A stretch of 63,604 nt of DNA, counting the filler, from Sluysia triapertura (lineage: Eukaryota), in assembly GCA_046118255.1 (NCBI GenBank). It is 5 parts of 5 records of this genome, joined end to end, with 100 filler letters (N's around TTAATTAATTAA, not from the genome) between each part and the next. Parts side by side here need not be neighbours in the genome. Positions count along the whole stretch, not along the records: positions 50,168 to 63,604 come from JBJNIA010039692.1; 4 more parts are not named here. One strand, 5' to 3'. Under the pieces are notes generated by a model. It was given only the letters and a program-made list of their open reading frames with translations, was not told the DNA's origin and did not search any database. The position numbers and the translations under genes were made by a program. Positions 51,931 through 63,604 of this stretch are shown here, piece by piece; the first letter of the stretch is position 1, and each line of letters starts with the position of its first letter.

Positions 51931-54599
51931 GTTTTATTTTGTTTTGTTTTCATTATTAATAATATAAATAAATAATCATTAATGGAATAAAATATTAATT
52001 CAATTCAATATAAATTTAATTTGAAATGATTTAATTTGTGGCTTGATGTTTTTATTTACATTGATCACCGGTTAAATCCGTCAGGTAGAAGCAAGTTCTA
52101 GGATCATCGAACTTTTATTCAATAAATAAAATATCAAATTATTACTAATCTCTTATTGCATGTGGAATTACTATACATATTTAAATCATTTTTCGAAGAG
52201 TGAACATTTCAGAATCAGTTAAAGCCAATAGCTTATCTTTGATTTAAACGTATACGTACAACTTTAACTAAACAGTGATAAAAGATTCTAGTTACATACA
52301 CCAGCACAAATAAATTATAATTTAATTAGTGCCACATTTTAATGTTTTGTTGTGATAATGGCTGCTATTAATATTACGTCTTATTATTATTTGTAACAAT
52401 AATTTATTAGTTAAAATTATCACAGAGTTTTCTTTAGCTATCATACAAATTATTTTAATGATTCCTTATTTCTATCAAATCTGTCTTAATTCCTTTATAA
52501 CAATTTTAAAATAAATAAAATTAAACGACCACTTTAATAATATTCAATATAATAGGGAAATAAAAACAAATAATCCTAATTATTTTTATTACTGTTGTGA
52601 AGATTATGTTAAGATGAGATTTTATTTACTTTAGTTTATCTTTTGCTCATGAATTTTCTATGATACTGGACTGTCTCACTGGATGTTAATATTAATAATG
52701 TTAAATATTCAATCAATTATATTAAAACTTGAGTATCCACAATCAAATACACGAAATTAAAAAGATTAAAAATTCAATCAAATATACAGAATTAAAAATT
52801 TAATCAATATTAATCTATAATTAATATTTAGGTAAAAAATTTTTTTTATAATAATTTATAATGTATTAAATTCTACCAAAACTTAATTAATTTTAAGTAT
52901 AGTTTATTATATAATTAAATCTTTCCTAATAAAAGAAAACTAACGATTATATGAACACAAATCAATAATCGCTTCAAATAAATTTCCAATAAAACGAAAT
53001 ATTCTTTTAAATTTAGCTATAACGAGAGAATTCTTCTTTAAAGCAAAAAATGATTGTTATAACTATTTTCTTTAAAACAAATAATTTTAAATATAAACAA
53101 CTGTGTTTTAAACTTTTAAAAACCCTGCTATTTATAGAATGGTTTAAAACTTTAAATACTCTAATGAATTTAAACAAATACGAATTTTTAATAATATTAT
53201 TATTATTTAATATAATAATTTTTTAAATAATAATAATTTTATTTTTATAAATATTTAATAGTAATTTCAATTATAAATTTTTATTTTTAATTTAATACAT
53301 GAAAATAAAAATACATTTGTTCATAAAAATATATTTTAAATACATTACAAATAATTTATGAAATACAAATACCTTTACACTATTATCTAACCAATATTCA
53401 AAAATACCGTCACCTAACAGCAGTTCAAAATAAAAATTAACAAAATAACAATTAATAAAAATAAAATGAAACCAGGGTTAACGGAACACTAAAAAATTTA
53501 GCTTATTCCTTAATAATAATCACATAAATTTCCCGCAAAGAACAAAATTTTTTTAAAATACCCCAATAAAATTTTTACAATATCCAAGAATAATATTATT
53601 TCAATTATTAAAATAATAAAATTATAAAATAAATTTAAAAAATTACTTAAAATGTGGATTTTTTCATTTAGACATCGAATTTACATTACTAATTGTTAAT
53701 TACTAATTACTAATTTTTAGGTATTCCTTTTTACACTATCGATCAATCATTTCGAATTTTTGATCAAATATTCGTACAAATGCAGCATTCTTTGAGAATT
53801 AATCAGATAGGGGTAACAGTTACATGGTACAGACTGTCAAACTTTATTAGGTACAAAACACAAAAATTTGATTTATGATTATGTTGGGATTGTCAAGTTG
53901 GTGTATAGGGAATTTTAAAAAATGAAATGAATGATATAAAATATCTGAAATATGATAATATGAACATAATTAAATATTTTTTAGAGCAAGAATAATGAAC
54001 AGTAAAATGTGTATAATTATTTCGAAATCGAAGAATATCTTGGAGTTCCTTAGACCTTTGTAGGATATTGAGACCCTTCTGAAGACTTAAGTAAGGTTTA
54101 GAAAGATTTCTTGAAGTGTAAAGATACCTTTGAACTTCGGAACCTTGGAATCATTCGAGACATTTTTGATCTGTTGGGACCTTTTAAGACTCTTGAGACC
54201 TTAACAAACGTTTGAGACATTCGAATAACCTTGTAAAAAGTTTGGAACCTTTGCAATGTTCAAAGATTAAAATTATGGTTAATAATATTAAAGACAAATT
54301 CAATGCATTAATAATTAAACTAAAAAAGTAGAAAAATGATTTAGAGTGGTGAAAGTGAAAACATCTAGAGCCTCCTGAATACCTTATCAAGTATTTAACA
54401 ACTTTATAACCATGATAAAACCTTTAAACTTAGAATAAAATAAGTTAAAATAAATAATTAATTAATTAAAATCTTAATTAGGAAAAATTACGTTTGTGTG
54501 AATAACTTTTGAATGAGGAATGGTAATTGTGTATGTATGTGTTTTAAAGAGACCTTCCGATGAAGACAAGGTATGACCGAGTGTGTGCGAGGAAACCCT

Positions 54600-55163
54600 C
54601 CATACTGAACAAAGTCGAATTTTAATTAATTTTTATATAAAAAATGATGAAATTTTCATACTTAGAAGAGATTATGAATTATGTATGGAGTGATTGCTAT
54701 GAAATAGGAGAATTCGAAAATGAGGTTGAAATGTTTCTGAAATTGTTTGTTTGGGAATGAGAATCCTTAAACATATTACATTAAAAAATTGAGTGTGAGG
54801 AATTGAAAATTAATTCAACTGTAAACACTAAAGTTAAATTCATTATTGTTAAGTATGTCAGTAATAATAATAATTGTTATTTTAATGTAAGAAGTGATTC
54901 ATGAAATGGGAGTTGATTGTTAATCGAATTGTTATGTTTTGTTTGACAGGTCGTACCATGTAAATGTCAAAGTCGTTTTAGTCAGTTTTAAAGAGGTTTT
55001 GGTGATTTATATAAGAGTAATTCCTGATTGTGAGTTTGAGAATGATTGGACAATACAGAGATATAAAAGCGAATACTTTAAAAATTAACAACGCGATCGA
55101 TCGTAATATATTGGGAAAAAATAAAATCCATGACTTTGGTAATGTTTTTATTATTTTAATCAT
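54600..55163 (-). mobile_element. A/C-rich LINE-like relic (candidate APE region)
   Basis: Strand skew. The translation FAFISLYCP...*NDFDI resembles the APE motifs ISIYxPP and GDFN. Confidence 0.35.
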
Positions 55164-56513
55164 TAATAAAATTTTATTAGGAAAATAACTTTTGGGGAAA
55201 TATTCAGTTTATTTAAGTTATCGCCAATTAAACATGAATTTTTGGGAGGCTTCCTGCCCAAATTCTTTTGTAATATTTTGAGTTATAAATTTAATTTTAA
55301 TTTCAATTTTTATTTTTATTAAGTGATTAAATAATTTTATTTTCAGGATGCTCCCTTCCGATTATTTTTATAAATCTTTTTTTGCTATTAATATATAACA
55401 AGGCTGTTCGAAATTATATAATAATTATTATCAACTTTTTAGATATTGATATTTTTTGAATAATAATAAAGTTTAATGGGTTTGCCTAGGGAGGTGTCTT
55501 ATGATCTTAATAGTGGACACCTATTAACTTTTAAAACGAAGTAATTATTATGCACGTCTGCAAATTTCACTAAATAACGATTTTCAATATAATGCAACTA
55601 CTTTATTTATCCACAAATTAATCAACCAGTAATATTATGATTAAATATATTTGTAATCAATTTCAATTAAACAATAATTGTATGACCTGAATAATAATGA
55701 TAATAAAATTCATATATTCAGAATTCTTTCTTTATTTTTCTTAATAAAATAAAATAATTTTAAATTGCTATAAAAATAATAGATTTTGCTTTCCACTTTC
55801 TGTAAACAGACTAAACTTAACAATAATAAATTAACGATTAACGGGGTTTATAAAAATGTTTGCATCAAGTTTTTCAATCTTCCAACTAAAATTTATTAAA
55901 TTGTTTGATTTTTTCTGATATTTTGACAAGTAACTTCAAACTTGTTTAAATGACGTGTTATTTATAAATGTTAACCTAATATACAAGGTAGTGAGAAAGC
56001 AAAATCTTGAACGAATATTTTAAAACCGTATTTCCGCTTCTGTGGTACAAGAGACTAGTTTTCATGAGTATTCGAATCGACTAGCATACTCTTAGGTTTC
56101 ATTTACTACAGCTGTCAAAATCGTGGTTTACAATTGGAGGACATTTAAGATTGTATTTAATGCTACTTCTTTATTTTACATTATTTAATTTATTATTCAC
56201 AGTAAAATTTGAGTTATTTATAAAATTTATCTTATTTAATTGAAAGTAATATCTCTCATTTATATATTCGAATCTTACATAAGAACAACCGCTACAAAAA
56301 CATCAATTTAATTCATCTGATTAGTCCAAATCATTATACTAAGTTTGTCTTCAAGAATGTTATTGTCTTGAGGTCATTTTAATGCTATTAATTGTCCTTG
56401 AAAAAATTTAAACTTGTTTAATTTCTTATTTAATTGAAACTATAATTTAATTTAATTCTCACATTGTTGTTGCGGCTTTTCCTAACCTTACTTGCAAAAT
56501 ATTATTCAATTAA

Positions 56514-56746
56514 CCCTTTCACTACCAAACCTTTTTTGGTCCCATTTTATAATATTAACTTAATTGGCTAATACCTTATGGCCATGGCATAATTGAAAAA
56601 ATGTAACCGACCAGCTGATTTCACGTCATTCAATAAACGCTACACAACCATTGGGACGATCTGTTAGGCTGTTTAAACCTACTTTTAACCCACTGATGTA
56701 GAACATAGTTTCTGTGGGACCCATCGTCCCATTGGTAGTCAAAGAG
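56514..56746. mobile_element. piggyBac-type MITE (233 bp)
   Basis: TTAA target duplication (56510-56513, 56747-56750). TIRs CCCTTTCACTACC / GGTAGTCAAAGAG match at 11 of 13 positions. Internal inverted repeat ACCATTGGGACGAT / ATCGTCCCATTGGT. Confidence 0.8.
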
Positions 56747-57461
56747 TTAATTACCATTTTTGTTGTTTAATTAGTATTTTCTGTTATTCAATTACTTTAG
56801 CTGTCAATTTAGACGGCATATCAACTGTTAAATTAATACTGTCATTGGCCGACATTACTGCACATAGATACCATCCCTTAACAAGACTGGTTGCAAATTT
56901 CTGCCAATTTTTAATTTAACAGCCAATAAATAAAAATAGACGGTGATAAAATTAGTTCTCAATAATAAAAGTTATAAATTTTCAGAAATTTTTTAGAGAG
57001 AAAAGATTCAACTAAAAAAATTTTAGTAGAAATTAGCGTACAAAATATAAAGATCATTCTTTTTGCTATTTTAAAAGAACTTATGATTGATTTCAATTCT
57101 AATGTTGAACGATTATTCTGATAATTTATGATTAAAAGTCATCTTTATTTTTTATCATAAAATGTGATTGTGATTCTTTTTTTATTAAGGAATCCCCAAG
57201 TGTGAAAACTTATAGTATATCGAAATACAAACGGCCCACCCAACATGATGATAAACCTAACATTTTAATAGTCTTTATTTTTAGAATATTTAGTAATAAA
57301 TCTGTGTTTCTTTACTTAATAATGTTAAAAAAGAAAATAATTACGAATTATTAAAATTAAATTCATTTAAGTCAATAAATAATTTAAAGAAAAAATTTAA
57401 ATAAATTTATGAATTTTAATGAAGCAAATGCAAAAAATTTTAATAAAAATATTTATATTTT

Positions 57462-57755
57462 ATGTACACCCAAAAGTATTATCTTCTAACTGCAAGGACG
57501 CCTTACTGGCTTCGTGTCACATTTTGGCAAAAACACAAGGCGGAAGAATGGCAACTTTTCATTGATGCCTCAAAGACAAATCTTAAAGTAGTCATATTGC
57601 ACAATGGCAACATATATTTTCACACGAAACAGATGCGTAACATAGTATTATTCCTTCAGAAACTTTGGTATTTTGAGCATCAGTGGCTTATCAGCGGTGA
57701 TCTAAGTTATTCTTATGGAGATGAAAACCGATATGCAATATTTAACATAGTTTAG
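57462..57755 (+). mobile_element. DDE transposase fragment, Chapaev(3)/CMC-like
   Basis: EEWQLFIDASKTNLKVVILHNGN...L..L.Y.EHQWLISGDL matches the motif EWRLFIDSSKxSLKAVLLHNGN...HxWxICGDLK. Internally deleted. Confidence 0.65.
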
Positions 57756-58779
57756 GGAAATTTCTGCAGTTTCCAGTTTTTTTCCAGTTGGTAATGTCCA
57801 TAAATCAATTTCTTTAAGTGTATATTTGTTTTAGGTAATAAAGTGTTAATTACCTTCCATTCTGCTTTTATGCGAGTACCATGAAAGTTTGATATTGAAA
57901 ATTTTACATGTTTTAATTTTATTGTTAAGTTTGAGGAAATGTTAATAAAAAATTTTTAATCTTTACAAATTATCTACTTACTAACGTACGTAAGTAATAA
58001 ATAAAGTGATTTTAATATTTTTTTACAAGTTTTTAAAATTTACTTATTAAAGTAATAAACAAATAATTTTATTAAATTGAAAATTGTTTGCATATGTACC
58101 CAAACCTGATTCTTTTTTAATCATCGTCACTTATAATTATTTCACAGGTTATCAACAAATTTTCAACATAGTTAATTTTTTTCAGTTTAGTGACCACCAT
58201 CTTGGAATTCAGTAACCATATTCGATTTTGAGAAGATTTATTTTGAAAACATAAATTTGGTAAATTTAGCATTTACTAAGGGTGATTTGTTTACAAATTA
58301 AAAATGTACTCTAAAATCTTATCATTAATTTAATTTAATTTTGCAGGATTTAATGAAGGCTAAAATCTAATTAAAATTTTAAATACATATTAAAAAATTG
58401 TGATAAATATAATTCAAATAGTAACCAATCCACATTTGGTTGACTAAAATTTTACAGTACGCTTTTCATAATTAAGTTTTGTTTTCCTTAACTGAAGATG
58501 TAAAATACACTCAATTTGTAAAAGTTTTCTTGCACCTAGTTTAAAACTAAGATTAAAATCATTTTACTATTAATTTGATATAATATTAAGTCATATTTCA
58601 ACTACTTTGTTGTTTGTATTTTAATCGAGAATATTAAAATAGTCGTGAATTTAAATTATATAAACATAAGTTTAGTCACAAGTATTGGAATTAAAAGCTA
58701 TTTGAAGTGACAATAAAGGAATATCCGTGGACCATATTTAAGAAACAAAATACGGAACCCGACAGTAATCACTAAATTA

Positions 58780-59300
58780 ATCATGTAAAGAAAATACATA
58801 CACAAAGCTAATTCGTCTATTTGGGTATTAATCAAGTGAAACTGACTCATAAGATCACCTATAGGAACATTTCCAATAAGGGTCTAAACCGCTTGCTATA
58901 GGGAAATCCACAGTCGACTTATGATAAATTTAAATAAAGAAAAAATCTTGCAAGTAGAGAGAAGCTGAAGAAAATTATACGTTACACACAATCGTCACGT
59001 GTACTGTAACCGAACTTAAGTTTCTTTATTTTGCTTAGAGTTAAGTGAAGGAATGTATGTTCGTTGGCCCTCAGATTAGATACATTTTGCTCACCAACAG
59101 TTCAAGGAATTTCTACTTGAAAGAGAACGATATGCTTGTTGCGAACTTTCTTAACGTTATAAAAATATTGTGAATCCCTACATTGATTCGTACAGACGAA
59201 TGGGTTGCAACATGTTATTGAAGATTCTTCTTGATATCTTTCAAGATAATCAGGGTACTTCAGCTGTGTAATCACGATATCAAGGTCGTTTTTATACAGA
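58780..59300 (+). mobile_element. Gypsy/Ginger-type integrase relic
   Basis: VKKIHTQS*FVYLGINQVK resembles the HHCC region HLGIxK, and IL*IPTLIRTDEW resembles GIPxxIxTDxG. Confidence 0.45.
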
Positions 59301-59883
59301 AATGTTTGCAGATTAATGATGCATTTTTCAGTGTGGTGTTTCTAATATCAAACATAAGACAGTGCTCGGGAAAAAATTTAAGTCATCTTAAATAATACGT
59401 GACAATTGCACTTTAAAAGTTTTTACTTCTGTCTTACATGCCTTTAGGAACAGAAGAATAAAAATTGCAGATTTCAAATCAGTATATTAGAATTGATCAG
59501 ATTATAGCGAAATAAGAAATTCATAAAATTTGTAATCCACTGTTATCAATATTAAAATGCATTTTAATTCAGTAATCAACATTGTTTATGATTTAAAAAT
59601 TTTTTGAACATGAAAAGAATTTTAGTTTAAATTATTTTTGGTGACATCAATTAGACTAGAATCGGTAAATAAAACAAATATATACATATAATATATATAT
59701 TACTTTAGCAGTGGAATTTTTTAATCTAAGAGTTCCAGAAAAGCTACCAGATAATGAAACAATTTTCAAGAATATTTTTTTGAATAATCGTCTAAATCTA
59801 AATGGCTCGTGATTAATTCGTAAAGAAAATACCCGAATTGAGAAAAATAAAATATTCGAACGAAACATAAAAACATTACTAAC

Positions 59884-61048
59884 ATAAGCAATCGTTCCAT
59901 AATCACCTATCGATTTATTTTTATTTTTTAAGTTTTGTACAGATACACCAGTAGCTCCAGACAATGCTGCTACTACACTAGTTTCGCCAACATTCAATTC
60001 TATACCTTTATAATGTGGTGCAACTTGATTCAAACACAAATAGATACAACTGGCCAAATCATTCGGTGATAATTTGATAACAGATTTTAAGAAATTAGAA
60101 TAGGTTTGAATTTTGTCTAGTCGACCTGATATATTTTCAATTTCATGGAAAGTTCTTGCAATTGCCATATAAGGAACACTAAAGTTCGTTTTATATATAA
60201 GTAAATCTTACTCATCAGATTTTTTCCAACAAGCATCAATAACAGCATTATATGACGGCTTTGACGGATTGTAATCAAATGGTTTTCTAAATTAAATAAG
60301 TCAGTTACATAATTCAACAATACATAAAATTTCAATCAAATTAATCTATGATTTTAAATAATTCAAAAAAATTTTATAGCCTTAAAATTTTTTTAACATT
60401 TAAATACGATGATCTAGAGATTTTTATTAACCCATCCGATAAGTTATGAGATAAGTTAATCATTCAAATCTTGAAGTCATAAGTCCCCACAATAAGAGTT
60501 ATTTTATTATGTGTAGCATATAAGCTCAATATAAACTAAATAATTAATATACAAGCTAAATAAAATATAAGCTAAAAGTTTAATAATTGTAACTTACACA
60601 ATACAAGCAAATTCATCAGCCTTACTTTCCTTTTCATTATTATCTATTTTTAGTTGCTTAGATTTTGTTTTATTTGATTCATTACTGTCACTGTCTGAAT
60701 CTAAAACTAATTTCCTTTTCTTGGTTTTTGATGAAGCACTGGAAAAAAAGATATAACTTAATAAGAACACATTACTTCTCAGCTTTTTCTAGTGAATGAC
60801 TTGCTTGAGATTCTGCAGTTATTTGAACTTTAGTATTATTGTCAGGTTTCTTTTCAATTAAACTAAAATTATCATTCGAAGAACCTTTCGGCTTAAAGAA
60901 CGATCTGAAAATAAATAAAATTATATGATTTTGATTTCACTTTACTTACAACACACACGATTTAAATAAAACTTTATTTAAATAGGAATATTTAAAATAA
61001 CTTAACATTAAAATCAAAGAAACTTAACAGTATTGATTTTTGGGACAT
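59884..61048 (-). CDS. LIG1: DNA ligase I, 5' exons 61029-61048, 60776-60904, 60598-60738, 60212-60286, 59884-60178; downstream exons not found
   Basis: Phase-consistent GT-AG splicing (introns 124, 37, 311 and 33 nt) gives MSQKSILSFFKPK (PIP box), KTKKRKLVLDSDSD, and DYNPSKPSYNAVIDACWKKSDDVPYMAIARTFHEIENISGRL...YLCLNQVAP.YKGIELNVGE...GDYGTIAY, the start of the LIG1 DNA-binding domain. Confidence 0.92.
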
Positions 61049-61924
61049 ACTAAAAAAATATGAATGTATAAAAAAAGTATATATTTAAAGGCATAAAGAA
61101 TACAGAACTAATGGTAAATATATTAAATAAGTATTAATAATTTGGTTTCAAATTTTATATTCGGTGAATTGATATATTTAACAGTATTTAAATAGCACTT
61201 AATAGTAATTAAATTTAATAGGATTTTAATTATTAAAACAAAGCTTTGTTTTGAACAATATTAGGATTAAAACATCTAAATAATTCACCAAAATTATGAT
61301 ATTTTTAGTGAAATTTCTAAAATAATTACAAAATTAAAAAAATTCGGGAATGATTTTTAAATTTACACAAGTTTTCTCACGTCCGCTTTTAATCTATCAT
61401 TGATCAATTTTTAATAAGCTTTTTTGATATTTCTGAGCAAACAAATTATTTTATACATAATTTTTCCAAACATATAAATTGGTGCTAATTTTATATTATT
61501 ATTTTTATTTTTATTATTGCTAAGTTCTTGCAAAATAAATTTTAATTATAATTGGGTACGTCTTATAGGAGCGTACCTGCAAAAAAAAATTATAACATTT
61601 TTTGAAGATCTATTAATCTGGTTTTCTTTTTATCACTCTACTTGTTGCGTCTTCCTATTATTCAAATTAGTTTATTTAAACAAATAATTTCTTTATTATT
61701 TCTTTAATTTATTAATTTAATTTTTTCTTTAATTTAAATTAATTTCAATTCCATTGATATTATTTTATATTTTAAACATATTTATTTTAGTTTATTTAAT
61801 ATAATAAAAATAAATATTTAATAAAAATAAAAATACATAATTAAACACAATTTGCATAAATTAAATAAATAAATACAAATTAAAATTAAAACCCGACACT
61901 AATGTTATATGATATACGATTTAA

Positions 61925-62573
61925 ACCTGAGGAAACATATTCGTAAGCAACAACACTTAAGCTCGGGAATTTTCTCCAAAAATATCCTTGTTATGCGTGT
62001 ATATATATTTACCTTCTAAAGTAATGGAAATTATCAACCAATTGTGTCGTATTCTTGTAAAACTTCTGAGGGTTTTCTATTTGTTTGTTAAAGTAATTTA
62101 TATTCTAATTCTTTTAATGATAAGCAACACCTGATAGTTTACTAAAATTCTTTATTTATTCTTTTCAAATGTTCTTTTAATATGAGTTTGAGCTTTAAAA
62201 TTCCTTATTCTTAAGTATAATTTTAAATAATTGAGTTTTTTAATTCGATTCCAACTATGTCAAAATTTATTAAGTGATAAAGATTTCAATAAGATATGTT
62301 CAATCTTATCTTTCTATTAACTAACTTATATTTAATGATAACATTATGATTCTGAACTATGTGATTCATCAAAATTAGACCATTTGAACAGGACTGTATC
62401 TGATTCCAACGTTTGATTTTAATATCTGGAATATTGAAATCTGCGCAAGATCCATTATAATCTTTATCAGATTCATTATTCACTCTCCTCAAATGTATAT
62501 TGCGTTCATAATTATCTTCCGATGTAATTTTTTGAGAACTAATGGATGTTTCTTCAAAATTAAAAATGTTCAT
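61925..62573 (-). mobile_element. Decayed LTR-retroelement pol/integrase zinc-binding region
   Basis: Minus-strand fragments EVLQEYD, IYTRI and YFWRKFPSLSVVAYEYVSSG resemble YxWPxxxxxVxxYVxSC. Many disruptions. Confidence 0.3.
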
Positions 62574-62853
62574 TACCTCAAAAATTTTATGATATAGGAT
62601 CTCACGTACAATGAATTTCTTAAACTAGTCAATTTGAATGCGTTAACTTTTGTACTATTTAACCATTTTATGAAATCTCTAATTAGCTATCACTGATTAT
62701 TTTTTTTGCCACTATCTATTTTTGTTAACTATTACTTTTTTGCTAACGATTTTTGTGTACCAATCCTTTACTCTTGATTGGGTAACCAATAATTTTTTAA
62801 AACTTGAATCTTATTAATTTGTGTGGAGTCTATTATTGGTTGGCCAGTTAGTG

Positions 62854-63410
62854 GTGGTCAACCCTTAATATGATTAAAATTTGATAAAAAATAACCCTCA
62901 ACATTCTAATATTCACACATTATATTATTCACAATCTTATAACTTATACATCACATTTATATCAAATACTGCCAATTTACACCAACAAATCTATCAAAAA
63001 CATGTTACTCGACATCCATAACAACCAAATAATATCCACATTTGTAATTATCTACTTTACACCTTCGAATCAATTATAACACCTTAAATTCAACATTTGT
63101 CTTTGCATGGTCACCAACAGCACAATATAATATCTTTCTAAAACAACAAATAAACAATTTACATAAAACATTGCTTAATAATATTTGAAATATATCGAGA
63201 GTTGCATTATAATTTACCTTTCACATTTATTAAACCACACTCTTCTCAACAGGTCTTTTATTCAAAATTTTCCAATACTCAAGTGTCGTTCTCAATCAAA
63301 AACTTAAACCACTATTCAAAAATCTATTCTAACATTCTCCGTTTCACTAAACGACATAAAACTATTAACATAACTCGAAACGTTAATTACACATATAAAT
63401 TCATGTAAAA
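62854..63410 (+). mobile_element. A/C-rich LINE-like relic (candidate APE region)
   Basis: Aligns with the reverse complement of 50280-50430, with divergence biased to synonymous sites. Confidence 0.55.
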
Positions 63411-63604
63411 TAATCTTTGTCCAAAGATTTTAGCTCCAAATATATTTAAGCTCATTACAATATGTTTTAACGATTAAAAGAAGATCGTGTACAGTTAAAG
63501 AATTCAAGTTTATGCAATGCAATAACAACTGTTGGGATTAGTGAAGGATAAGGGTTGATATAAGGGTCAAAACTTGGAATAATATGATAAGTAGAGCGTT
63601 ATTA

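Noticed and set aside
54030-54265. Collagen-like (AAAGGT) periodicity on the minus strand
   Set aside because: The period is irregular (9/18/19 nt) with no sustained Gly-X-Y frame; treated as a degenerate minisatellite.
54546-54622. Hammerhead-like string CCGATGA-AGAC...GTC-GAAT with internal stems GTATG/CATAC and GAGG/CCTC
   Set aside because: Two catalytic-core positions deviate from CUGANGA/GAAA and stem III cannot form; at most a dead relic.

Overview
Very AT-rich eukaryotic (metazoan) genomic DNA, not prokaryotic. It has GT-AG introns, several only 33-37 nt long, and others kilobases long and full of decayed transposons. There are five assembly gaps, four carrying the artificial all-frame-stop linker TTAATTAATTAA. 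Genes I could reconstruct by hand from splice sites: (1) internal exons of an ANKDD1-type ankyrin gene (+); (2) a complete four-exon selenophosphate synthetase (SEPHS2/SelD type, +, 40706-46031) with an in-frame TGA at the catalytic Sec position, which the ORF track misses; (3) an anillin-like terminal PH-domain exon (+); (4) the first five exons of DNA ligase I (-) with its N-terminal PIP box. There is also a CZIB/C1orf123 pseudogene and relics of Gypsy/Ginger-type integrases, APE-type LINEs, a Chapaev-like transposase, a hAT-like element and a piggyBac-type MITE. Two observations stand out. First, a ~100-bp mini-element consists almost entirely of a tRNA-like Pol III gene between TGTTAGAC...GTCTAACA termini (three partial copies), and one copy is split by a 5'-truncated NeSL/Utopia-clade REL-endonuclease retrotransposon inserted between the D-arm and anticodon arm. 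Second, the 3' UTR of the UGA-containing SPS gene has a hairpin with SECIS geometry whose G.A/A.G core is replaced by A.A/A.A. All family assignments are from motif recognition by eye; no searches were run.
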